Position numbers and translations under genes: made by a program. From positions 1-64,000 of the IMG/VR virus record IMGVR_UViG_3300036791_000458: 64,000 bases of DNA; one strand, 5' to 3'. Below, one piece after another: positions 39,801-48,259 of this stretch. How positions within the stretch are numbered: the stretch's first letter is position 1; each line of letters starts with the position of its first letter. The DNA comes from a virus. The notes beneath the pieces were generated by a model. It saw only the letters and a list, made by a program, of their open reading frames with translations, was not told the origin of the DNA and made no database searches.

Positions 39801-42504
39801 CAAATCCTCTGTAGAAATTTTCAAGCTGAGCCTTCTTAGGAGTAAAACCTTCGTTAGCACCTTGTCCGGGTAAAGGACGTGCCCATAGACTGACATATAT
39901 CCCATGTTTATCTGCTAGCTCAGTTACTCTATCCATCGCGGCTCTACCCGAACCACGCTCTTGAGCAGTCAACCAATGAATCTCCACTCCGGGTTTACTG
40001 GAGCTATACAAGTTATGAATATCTAACCCCGCTTGTCCTTTCGGTGTATCAAGATACATCCACGAGGTACTAGGACTCAACTTAAGCTCTTTTACATCCA
40101 ACTCTTTTTCAAAGGCATCAACGTCACCTTTAGGTGTAGATGTCTCACCACCACTTGTAAACCTGCCATGGTCATCTCTTGCTTGATCTTCTGAGTATTT
40201 TTTGATCTTCTTGATTCCGGGATTCCGCTCAAACATAGACGGAAGATAGCTTGTGACGTTAGGATGTAAAGCACCAGCGGGTGGTTCTGTGCCTTCGCGG
40301 AGTGCATTACGAATTGCAGTTGAACTAAACCCACCCGTTGTGGGACGGGGGGCATTGAAGTAATAGTGCCCTTCATGACTCGTTCCCTTGTCACCGGAAT
40401 AGATCGCTGGTGCCTTGGGTGGATTCGCACCCGGTGCTGAATCTTCTCCCGTGATAGTGACTATGGAAGTGTCTGGGTATTTCGATTGCAGGAAGTCTGC
40501 GGTATGTGTCCGCTTCAGTTTTCCTTCTATCTTGTCTGCCGCCTCCGATGGTTCCCCAGTCACTGTGACGTTTGGATGATTGACCGTATCCGAAGTAAAT
40601 GTACGACGAGCGAGTTCAACACGTTCATTCAGCGGATATGCTTTATCGCCCAGCTTCTTATCCACTAGTCTTTGTGGCGCGGGAACTACAACCACATTTT
40701 TGACATCATAGCCATTGTCTTTCATATGATTGAGCGCGTCGGTAACCGCTTGAACGTGTCCCATGTGAGGCGGATTGAAAGTACCACTGAATACTAGCGT
40801 GACTGGTTTGTCTGTCGATGGCGCGTCTTCACTCTCAAACCTACCATGATAATCTCGTGCTTGGTCTTCTGAGTATTTAGTGAGATTAGGCGAACTAGAA
40901 CCAATCTCAACTACCAATGGGCATGCCCAGTCTGAATTCTTCGATGGAGAAAAAGCAGTGATTCTTCCAGTAGTCACTTCGAATGGTTCAATCGACGCGA
41001 GATAGTCTCGCAAATCAGATATGTCAGCACCGGGTAGAATTCCATAGCGAACTGTGATATGTGGTTCGTCTTCTTTCCCCTCACCCATTACGTCGCTATC
41101 CGGAATCAAGTCCTGAATCGTTCGCAGTCCAAGTGCTACATTTGAATCTTGAGGAATGATCACCTGAACAAGTCCATAAGAGTGTGTTACCTCTCCGGTA
41201 ACAGGATCAACCGACTTGGAAACTTTGCCTTCTTTGTCGCCTTTGTCTTTTTTGTTTTTTTCTTCTTTCAGTCGCTGTCTTTCCTTTTCGATATAACGCT
41301 TTAAGTCCTCTACGTCTTCCGGTTCAGAGAATATATCGTGCTCGTCTCTGTACTTGTACTTCTTATCATCAGTCGCTTTCTTCATCCCCGATGTCTTTTT
41401 GACGAACTCATCCCATAGCTTCTGATCATGAATAGTCTCTTTGCCATTTTCTTTGGTGTAGACTAAAGTCCGGGGACGATTGATATTGCTATATAGAGTC
41501 GCGCCACTGACTTCATTCATGTCTTTCAGTCTCATGAAGTTTTCCGCGGCACCTTGATTGCTCGATCTGACTAATTCGAGCGGAACGAGACGACCATAAT
41601 CCTCATCTTTGGGATTCGCTGCTCTACTAAACATCCTTTCAATAGCAGTATCTACCGGAATATCAACGTAGGCGACATTGACTTTGTATCCTTCACCATT
41701 GAGATTCTTCACCATCGCTAGAGTAGTAGGTTTTGAACCCACTCCGTTGTAGATCAAATCTAGGTTCCGAGCAACTGAGCGTCCAAGTAAATCTTTGGAC
41801 ACGACTTTAGCTTCATCATACAAACGTGGTGCTGCGTTCTGAGGATCAACCATCCTGAGCTTTTCCCACTCTGGCAGTTGCTTTATCACGTTATCAGAAT
41901 CGATGTGAACTACATTCGGGTTTTTGCTCATCTCTCTAAACAAACTAGACTTGCCCGATGCAGTTCCACCACCTAAAATCGTCGCGACTGGCGGATCGCT
42001 TATAGGTACTTTTCCGGTCAAGTCGCTATTGATTATCTTTTCATGAAACTCTGCGCGAGATGGAACCCAACCCGATTCTTTCTTGTAGGTTTCCTTGGTA
42101 GTTTTATCTGATTTTGCGTCGAATCCTTCTCCACTCTCACCACCTGCGAACTGTCCACCTTCTGGTGAACCCGCTGGAACCCTTGCTTGGTCTTCTGAGT
42201 ATTTTTCAAAGAAGACTATCGCCTTACCAAACTTTTCTACCGCGTGAGTAGTTACAATACGCGCTCGTAGATATGAACCATTGAACACACTGGGTAGTGC
42301 TCGGAACCATTTCTCCGGAGTACCTTTCGCAGTTAGACTCTGGCCTTTGAACTTGATAGGATCATTCAAAAGGTTCGCCATCAAAACATGATAGTCCGGA
42401 GCGACGTTATCTGTTGAAACCTCTCCACCGTCCAGCAGAACTTTACCCGCGAGTAACTGGGCGTTGGGTTTAGTCACCAAGATTTCACAAGTCATTAACG
42501 CCAT
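36871..42504 (-). CDS. Polyvalent effector polyprotein (~1880 aa): zeta-like kinase, split 2H phosphoesterase, NMNAT-like, GNAT, unknown domain, inorganic pyrophosphatase-like, GNAT-like, ART-like
   Basis: Motifs: GGGTASGKSS/IDSD; PHITV...PHMTI; FSGTFNPPHMGH/SSTAIR; GSGRAAM...FYRGFGF; ETDKGSTR...YGYI..T.G.DGD.VD...DEDK; LDCFD..LP..Y...GF; LFH...ATS...E. Six KYSEDQAR tags. Confidence 0.85.
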   Translation of the reverse strand: MALMTCEILVTKPNAQLLAGKVLLDGGEVSTDNVAPDYHVLMANLLNDPIKFKGQSLTAKGTPEKWFRALPSVFNGSYLRARIVTTHAVEKFGKAIVFFEKYSEDQARVPAGSPEGGQFAGGESGEGFDAKSDKTTKETYKKESGWVPSRAEFHEKIINSDLTGKVPISDPPVATILGGGTASGKSSLFREMSKNPNVVHIDSDNVIKQLPEWEKLRMVDPQNAAPRLYDEAKVVSKDLLGRSVARNLDLIYNGVGSKPTTLAMVKNLNGEGYKVNVAYVDIPVDTAIERMFSRAANPKDEDYGRLVPLELVRSSNQGAAENFMRLKDMNEVSGATLYSNINRPRTLVYTKENGKETIHDQKLWDEFVKKTSGMKKATDDKKYKYRDEHDIFSEPEDVEDLKRYIEKERQRLKEEKNKKDKGDKEGKVSKSVDPVTGEVTHSYGLVQVIIPQDSNVALGLRTIQDLIPDSDVMGEGKEDEPHITVRYGILPGADISDLRDYLASIEPFEVTTGRITAFSPSKNSDWACPLVVEIGSSSPNLTKYSEDQARDYHGRFESEDAPSTDKPVTLVFSGTFNPPHMGHVQAVTDALNHMKDNGYDVKNVVVVPAPQRLVDKKLGDKAYPLNERVELARRTFTSDTVNHPNVTVTGEPSEAADKIEGKLKRTHTADFLQSKYPDTSIVTITGEDSAPGANPPKAPAIYSGDKGTSHEGHYYFNAPRPTTGGFSSTAIRNALREGTEPPAGALHPNVTSYLPSMFERNPGIKKIKKYSEDQARDDHGRFTSGGETSTPKGDVDAFEKELDVKELKLSPSTSWMYLDTPKGQAGLDIHNLYSSSKPGVEIHWLTAQERGSGRAAMDRVTELADKHGIYVSLWARPLPGQGANEGFTPKKAQLENFYRGFGFEVDRRDNGKYAYMIRAPKTNKVFKYSEDQARDDHGRFASEDETPAGFYPGEEGHGEKGTVKLSSIGILPEGWITKDGEFIVNRDNGGFHARSALQNGLLDSTQSRRVAVNAGETSNIVGYAIDNGNIRVTSENGIAGMQGAKDDPRTIEHMRDGLAHVTSKHIIIELWPKSSTATIISERSLQQGVIRGNFRGDDASENADRWLASGASHSIIKLKKQRPLEDRLDFQGMKISIETDKGSTREGVGKDGKHWSITMTYPYGYIRGTEGVDGDHVDCFIGPSKDAAFAYVIHTKEPSTGDYDEDKVMLGWDSAADAKKAFLDNYTSPDFFQSMDVMPMEEFKEKAFATAEEPAMIKDATTSGITTETGLNTYNLETDGKKKKRDDLEKDLTPLEQINQEVADYADFKPATFDFHPHMTIAYVKPDCGSLKLVGNQILSGQTVFIDSLTITKADGTSEVIKLGTAVKKYSEDQARDYHGRFEAEGGTSAGQSTTEDTRASGADTGRDKSGSEEGISNAYGRNVRGIRTVNVAGQNVAAIPWETNKQAHEDFSSKGITPTNYLELQGDNRAVAFTAAIQASKAVNPASASVYVYPPEDYEHMRLFVTENGKGGVAIKDDGDIVSLFNTPGSGNKGVAYSALSLAVQNGGNKLDCFDTVLPKLYAKAGFVETSRSKWDDTYAPHDWNKTAFKEFNHGEPDIVFMAYAPKGRHLAAFKKYLNDEKTLEYCKNKFTDQIVFKGDLFIPQPPINKYSEDQARVAAGEPGGGQFTSSSGSGYTAEDYDADTHTRVGRGYWGSSHGTSFRMSGYSAQEMGIPGFKYDGLASDPEKKDVGLMLDNISNDHGGSNEKLFHAFDDGAKIQWKVGDTFKLPLTATSGGDVGEVQIYAYHDPENQKGIPTVFEFPKGTRMSGYNPWSKEDAQEFGYKWSEAIVSGEYEVTGTRQVPNPYFHVADIPTTVVTLKPIGYYDTSTKTWKKS

Positions 42505-44483
42505 GTGTGTGCTAGCTTTTCCCACTTATCGGTGTTCGCAAGTGTAAGAATTCTGTCTTCTACTCCCGCAATAGATTTTTCCGGTAGTCCAACTGCTCTT
42601 AGTCTTTCCTGAATCTTTGGCCATGCTTCCTGATAGGGTTCTGCGAAGTCTGCGGGAACGAATTTCTGAGCGCGGGGAGAATCGAAACGTTCGAATGCTT
42701 CATCAATGAACATTCCATTGCCACCCGAATCATACGGCAATCTATCGGGAAACGATAAACCATGATCGATCAGCTTTAGTTTTCCATTGTCAGAAACTAT
42801 CCAATTACCATTATGGCGATCTTCGTTACCGATGACGTAGTCAAAAGCCGCCGCTCTCGCTAAGTCTTCATTACCATCATATGCTTTGACATCCGGAAGA
42901 CTTCTTGCAACCTCACCATTCTGCCAATCGAGCACTACACCTTTCTCGCCATCAATAGTACGAATAGTAGCGGGAGCAACCATATCTGTCATACCTGCGG
43001 CTTTCGCGACTTCCCATGCGCCCGCCTCACGTGCTGACTGCTTACCGTCTGTAATCGCGTAACGCATTCCTTTCGCTTCACCACTGTCTGGTTTGAATAC
43101 GCCCTTGGTGCCATCGTCAAAGTAGACCACACGAGTATCACTGACACCGCCACCTAATTTCGACATACCTTCAATTGGAGTAGACACTAGATGCTTGTCA
43201 TAGTCTTCGGGAGTCGCGCCTACAAACGGTTTTGCTGCGTGTTCTAGGTCAGCGTCAGAACGAACAACAGGCATGAATTCGAGATTAACATCACCCCAAG
43301 ATTCGCCTCCCCCGCTCACAAATTGTCCACCACCCGGACTACCTGCTGGTACTCGTGCTTGATCTTCGGAATACTTGACTAGTTCAATTAACTTCGCCTT
43401 TGTCACCCGACCTACATACTTGACTGCTTTTCCACTATAAGTTCGCCATTCACCTAAACCACCCGCTGACAGACTGACACCCATAGCACCGGGTACTTTT
43501 TTGAACTCCAAGAGTTGAATCTGATCTTTGGGAGTCGATGCGAATGCCTTTAGGTCTGAGGAAAAGAAAAGTGGATTGAGTCTGCCACCCGCGTCTTCTC
43601 TCACTGCGGAAAACGTTTTGTAGAAGTCGAATGTGCGATTACGTAATTCATCTGCGCTCATTGGGCGTTCGAACGTATTGTAGCGCATCTTATCATCGCC
43701 GCCCATCCAACTGTAACTGTCTGAGCGCGGAGTCCAACCGGGCATGTCTTCTTCTGTCGCGCCACCAAACTTAGATGGACTCAACTCCTTACCATGAATC
43801 AAAGCGTCTAAACCCATTGGATATGGATCACCCGGATTCCAGTTAGGACTAGGCGCGACCTCAGAACTACCCCAACGAATCACATTCGTTAGATATGGAC
43901 TGGGCGCGCCTTCACCTTTTGTAGCTTGATCTAACATATCTTGAACGGAGATTTTCCCATTCGCGACATCATGTGCTTCTAACATCGCGTCCCGAATATC
44001 GCCACCAATTTTTGGATCAGCAGCAAAACTTATGCTCTTGTCATCACCACCACCTAATCCGGTTCCTTGTCCCATGTTTAGTTCGAAGCGAGACTTTAGT
44101 CCATTCGCGATTACAGCATCTGCGGCAGTAGTAACGTGATACAAAGGCACATCAGGAAGTGGTTGAAAAACTTTCCCGGATACATTGAGACCTGCACCAC
44201 GCGCCTCTGCCATTGCCGGGTCTAGTTTCCCTTCTGAAACTGCGGCAAGTGTTTTTTGTTCCCAGACTTGTTCTTTATCGCGCCTTTCCTGCCTCTGATC
44301 ATCCGTCTCATCGGGTTTCCATCCACCCGTGTATTGATCACGACTCATTGAAGCCGCGTCACCTTCACCAGAAAAGCGTCCATGATAGTCACGTGCTTGA
44401 TCTTCTGAATATTTCTTTAGACCATCATGCAGAATTACTGCGAACGGTATAGCTTTACTTCCGATGTTGGGAAACGAACTCAT
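42495..44483 (-). CDS. Two-domain effector protein: ART-like domain + HipA/PI3-PI4K-like kinase
   Basis: 'LYHVTTA...GLKSR...SISFA...GEWR'; 'GVFKP', 'REAGA', 'DYVIGNEDRHNGNW', 'LIDHGLSFP'; two KYSEDQAR tags. Confidence 0.8.
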   Translation of the reverse strand: MSSFPNIGSKAIPFAVILHDGLKKYSEDQARDYHGRFSGEGDAASMSRDQYTGGWKPDETDDQRQERRDKEQVWEQKTLAAVSEGKLDPAMAEARGAGLNVSGKVFQPLPDVPLYHVTTAADAVIANGLKSRFELNMGQGTGLGGGDDKSISFAADPKIGGDIRDAMLEAHDVANGKISVQDMLDQATKGEGAPSPYLTNVIRWGSSEVAPSPNWNPGDPYPMGLDALIHGKELSPSKFGGATEEDMPGWTPRSDSYSWMGGDDKMRYNTFERPMSADELRNRTFDFYKTFSAVREDAGGRLNPLFFSSDLKAFASTPKDQIQLLEFKKVPGAMGVSLSAGGLGEWRTYSGKAVKYVGRVTKAKLIELVKYSEDQARVPAGSPGGGQFVSGGGESWGDVNLEFMPVVRSDADLEHAAKPFVGATPEDYDKHLVSTPIEGMSKLGGGVSDTRVVYFDDGTKGVFKPDSGEAKGMRYAITDGKQSAREAGAWEVAKAAGMTDMVAPATIRTIDGEKGVVLDWQNGEVARSLPDVKAYDGNEDLARAAAFDYVIGNEDRHNGNWIVSDNGKLKLIDHGLSFPDRLPYDSGGNGMFIDEAFERFDSPRAQKFVPADFAEPYQEAWPKIQERLRAVGLPEKSIAGVEDRILTLANTDKWEKLAHTWR

Positions 44484-47410
44484 AGAACCTGTCTCAACTG
44501 AGGATAAGCAGTTTTCAATTGCAGGAAGGCAGCTTTCTCATCCACATCCCCGCGAATGTAAACCGTATCTGAATCCGGATCGTATGCACAGAATTTTTCG
44601 AAGCTGGAAAGGTCGCCTAGTTCCGGATGAACGAATTTGCCTTTCTCTATTTCCTTACTCATCCAAATAATTTTGGTCATTGAACGACCAAAGTTTTCAA
44701 CTAGAACTGAACCATCACTCTGTAACACGTAACGCTTCATCACGTGTCCCATAGTAACGCCCTTCGGCGCGATTCCCCATTTATTCTGGAAGTCAACTGC
44801 CTTTGTCAGAGCAGTACCTATATCAACGTTCAAACGATGAACTGGCATCGTAGTAGTTCCGTACTTTGACCTCACGTCATTCACGATAGTCGCAGCCCAC
44901 CTGTGGTGACCATCAAGCACGTAATTGTCTTTAGTCACAAATATAGGTGCTTCTGTTAACTTACCACTTTGAAGACTTGCAGCCATTCCGCTGACCTTCC
45001 AACCGTCTAACTCTCCTTGTGACGCTCGTAGATGTGACGCAAGAACGGTTTCATCTGTAGACGTGATTCCTTCGTCTTCAAGCGACCTGATAAATTGGGG
45101 GGCTAAATCAACGTATGCAGTCTTTAAATCCGCGCTCTTGGGCAGAAGTGCTGCGGCAAGTGAACCGGGCGCGGGTGAACCCGACAACTGTGGCATGTCT
45201 ACTCTTGGAATACCCAAGTTATCTTGGGCGAATAGGTTGGTTCCCGGAACCGATACTGCCGCGAGATTCCAGTTGGGAACTGTCTTACCTGCGGCCTTTG
45301 CCGCATCACCTTCTGCCTTCATCTTCTCAACTAGTGTCGCGATTTCATCCGGTTGATCTAGGGTGACATGCTTACCTTCGCCTATTAGTCTCTGTGCTTT
45401 TTCTAAGTCCTTTCCACACGCAATGGGATTCGAACGGGAACCGGGTTCGTGCGATGGCGCGTCATGAGATGCTGTGTAGTCTGGTACGCCACCTTTACCA
45501 TTTGAACTTGAACTACTCTTACTTTCGCTTCCGCCTCCGCCGTTACTGGTGAACTGTCCGCCACCTGATTCTCCTGCTGGTACTCGCGCTTGATCCTCTG
45601 AGTACTTCAACAGTTCATAGCCACCAGAGAAAGCAGAGTATAGTTCTAGTCCGCCTTCTACTTTCTCCTGCTTGTGTTTCACGTTGACGTTTACATTGAC
45701 GTTTGCACCGGGTTGCTTCTGTTTATTTCCCTGCTGTAACTGAGGTGGTTGCTTACCAGTCTTACCATTGTTCTGCTGATTTTTAGGGGAAGAGCCGCTA
45801 GCGCCGGATATCGCATCCTGATTCTTCCCCTTATCCGAGCCAGCCCCTTGTTGGTTTGGCCCAGAACTTGACTTACCGTTTCCTTTTCCGTCTTTGCCCT
45901 GTCCCGGTTCACCGGGTTTACCGAAACCACCACCACCAAACGGTGACGCGCCCGGTTGTGGAGGCGGTGTGTCCAACGGGATAAAGCCAGAAACTCCAAA
46001 CACTCCGAGCTTATCTGCATTTGGGTCGGGATATGGATCATCACCACGTCTTTTTCTAGTTTCGTTTATAGTGTTGATTTTTCCGGTAAGCAATCCATCG
46101 ATCTGTGCTTGCTTCAATGGATCAGTTTCTCTTTTGTCCTTGTGCGCGAATTCGTAGTCATCGCTTAACCCCATCTTCTTGATGATTTCGTTGTTGATGT
46201 CAACAACGAAGTTAAGCATTGGTTCTAGTCCTTCTTCATCAGCACTGTCTGACGCGACTTGAGCAGTCGCTCTATTCATCATTTTCTGGAACGCTTGAGA
46301 CGATACACTAAACGCGTAACAAACTATCTGAGCAAGCCATTCATCGATAGGGTCTTTGAGTAGTGCTTCTTTTGAGAAGACTACATTTGGGCGCGCATCA
46401 GTTGTACTCCCGCCATATCCGGGAAGGAAAGTTAAGCGACGACGCTTCGCGATATCGCCCACCATGATAGAATCGAACCACTCTTGAATCTCACGAATAC
46501 GATTCGGTTGCAGAGACGCGGGTAGAAAACATAGTGCTTCCGGTATGTTTCCGTCCGAATAGTATTTGCTTATGAACTCCTGCCTTTTTAGTCCGATACC
46601 AATCGTGATTAGTATCTGCTCAACTGGCGGATATCCGTAACGCCTATGTGTTCTTTCGTTCCTCATGACGTACAACATATCGTCGGTAGTCAAGTTACAA
46701 GCAGGGATTCCATAGACAACCTGTTGATACGCGACATCTGGTGAAGGCGGGGTCAAACCTTGATCGGTAATCACGCGTGAAACAGTTCCGCCATCGAGCG
46801 GATGGACTGACGCGATTTTCTTCTTTTTATCGCGCTCAAGATATAACGCTATCGCGTCAAGCACGAAGCAATCTTCCATCCATAGTCTTTGCCACTGTCT
46901 GTAGTTATGATAGCCATCTGGGCACGCGAAAAAAGCAGTAAGTGCTTTTATGTTCTTGTCTTCTGCTGCAGCCTTTTCTCTAGTTGCGTTTGAGTCACCT
47001 GCCTTGGTCTTCAAACGAATTTCCCAAGGGACACGAGCTATTTGATCTTTGCGCGTCTCAATAACTAAGCGAAGTATGTCCCAAGAGTCTGCAAGTGTTC
47101 TGAGAATGTCGAAGTCAATCCCGCCCTTATCATCACCGGGAGTCCAAAGCATGTTCTCACCGGGTATGAACGCTCTCTGTCTTGGGCGATAGGTAGGAGG
47201 CGCAACGGGCCTCATGGGTTGAAGCGCGGAGAACCAATAGTTGTTCGCGATATCTTCAACTGTCTGACTACCGCCTGGCGCAAGTATCTCACCTAAACCA
47301 AGCATTTGAACGCTCTGAGGAACTTGAGTAGAAGGCGATGCTCCCAGTGCTCGCACCTGCGGGGTCAACCGCTGTTTGACAGCGTCTTTAAAATTACTCT
47401 TGCCTGCCAT
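44480..47410 (-). CDS. Portal protein with C-terminal linker and tagged ParB/Srx-like domain
   Basis: 'LRLVIETRKDQI', 'YGYPPVEQI', 'YYSDGNIP', 'CYAFSVS', 'TINE.R...G.DP'; after the tag, 'IPRVDMPQ', 'LRASQ.EL', 'PIFVT.DNYVLDGHHRWAA'. Likely start ATG 47410. Confidence 0.88.
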   Translation of the reverse strand: MAGKSNFKDAVKQRLTPQVRALGASPSTQVPQSVQMLGLGEILAPGGSQTVEDIANNYWFSALQPMRPVAPPTYRPRQRAFIPGENMLWTPGDDKGGIDFDILRTLADSWDILRLVIETRKDQIARVPWEIRLKTKAGDSNATREKAAAEDKNIKALTAFFACPDGYHNYRQWQRLWMEDCFVLDAIALYLERDKKKKIASVHPLDGGTVSRVITDQGLTPPSPDVAYQQVVYGIPACNLTTDDMLYVMRNERTHRRYGYPPVEQILITIGIGLKRQEFISKYYSDGNIPEALCFLPASLQPNRIREIQEWFDSIMVGDIAKRRRLTFLPGYGGSTTDARPNVVFSKEALLKDPIDEWLAQIVCYAFSVSSQAFQKMMNRATAQVASDSADEEGLEPMLNFVVDINNEIIKKMGLSDDYEFAHKDKRETDPLKQAQIDGLLTGKINTINETRKRRGDDPYPDPNADKLGVFGVSGFIPLDTPPPQPGASPFGGGGFGKPGEPGQGKDGKGNGKSSSGPNQQGAGSDKGKNQDAISGASGSSPKNQQNNGKTGKQPPQLQQGNKQKQPGANVNVNVNVKHKQEKVEGGLELYSAFSGGYELLKYSEDQARVPAGESGGGQFTSNGGGGSESKSSSSSNGKGGVPDYTASHDAPSHEPGSRSNPIACGKDLEKAQRLIGEGKHVTLDQPDEIATLVEKMKAEGDAAKAAGKTVPNWNLAAVSVPGTNLFAQDNLGIPRVDMPQLSGSPAPGSLAAALLPKSADLKTAYVDLAPQFIRSLEDEGITSTDETVLASHLRASQGELDGWKVSGMAASLQSGKLTEAPIFVTKDNYVLDGHHRWAATIVNDVRSKYGTTTMPVHRLNVDIGTALTKAVDFQNKWGIAPKGVTMGHVMKRYVLQSDGSVLVENFGRSMTKIIWMSKEIEKGKFVHPELGDLSSFEKFCAYDPDSDTVYIRGDVDEKAAFLQLKTAYPQLRQVL

Positions 47411-47502
47411 ACTGTATCTCAATTCTTTTTTTGAAAGGGGTGAAAAGATCATGCCACCGAATCTTTCACCCCTCATTCGATGCTACGTAAGGCAACCAAC
47501 TC

Positions 47503-47748
47503 CTACACGGGAGAAAGACGTAGCACGCGAAAGGTATCACCCGCGAATTTCAGTCCACTACCACCACCCACCAGTTGTAGCAGGAAGATGATAACACAAA
47601 TTCCAGCGACGACCAGCAATACCACCTTGCCAATTTTTTGGAATTCCGGTGGCAGCAGGGTGAGGATGTAAAACGCGACTGCAATCGCAATCACAAAAAC
47701 CAGAAAGTAAATCAACATCGTTACTATAGGCATCATAAGCAAAAGCAT
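47503..47748 (-). CDS. Small two-TM membrane protein (holin candidate)
   Basis: Two hydrophobic helices; close to the amidase gene. Confidence 0.5.
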   Translation of the reverse strand: MLLLMMPIVTMLIYFLVFVIAIAVAFYILTLLPPEFQKIGKVVLLVVAGICVIIFLLQLVGGGSGLKFAGDTFRVLRLSPV

Positions 47749-47770
47749 AATTTAGCTCCTTTTCTCCAAA

Positions 47771-48250
47771 TCAGTTAACCTTGATTTCTACCTTCGGCAC
47801 TGGTTTTGTACCGTTGACAGTAGTCAAGGAAACTTGTTCTGGGGAACTTGTTGCCCAAGGTACATCTGGTACTTCAGGCCTTTGGACTGCCATAGGTTCG
47901 TGGAACACCTTCCACTTGTCAGTTGAAACAACTGGTGCTTCGGGCCAATTTGCGTGACATCTAGCACACGTGTGTAACAGTCGCTCAAAGATTGCGTCAT
48001 ATACTACTTCATGTTTCTTGCGACACCCACACGCGGGACACATCGCCTTATTCGACACTTTACGTATCGCAAAAAAGCGAATGTAGATTCGTATGTATAC
48101 CGACAAGAACAAACGAGCGAACCATAAGAACGGACTGAGCAAGAAAAGTAATACGGGCCACACGTATTCCCACACCTTCGCCCAGAATTCTTTTACGCGA
48201 AGCGTAAAAGGTATTGGCACTACGTAGTCATATCTTGAAGGGGGAATCAT
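47771..48250 (-). CDS. Membrane-anchored Zn-ribbon protein
   Basis: One TM segment followed by CPAC...CARC. Confidence 0.5.
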   Translation of the reverse strand: MIPPSRYDYVVPIPFTLRVKEFWAKVWEYVWPVLLFLLSPFLWFARLFLSVYIRIYIRFFAIRKVSNKAMCPACGCRKKHEVVYDAIFERLLHTCARCHANWPEAPVVSTDKWKVFHEPMAVQRPEVPDVPWATSSPEQVSLTTVNGTKPVPKVEIKVN

Positions 48251-48259
48251 CTAGTTATT

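Noticed and set aside
36720-45610. KYSEDQAR DNA repeats as CRISPR repeats, mobile-element ends or intein/self-splicing signals
   Set aside because: All copies are in frame in ORFs, irregularly spaced and synonymously diverged, with no intein N- or C-terminal motifs.
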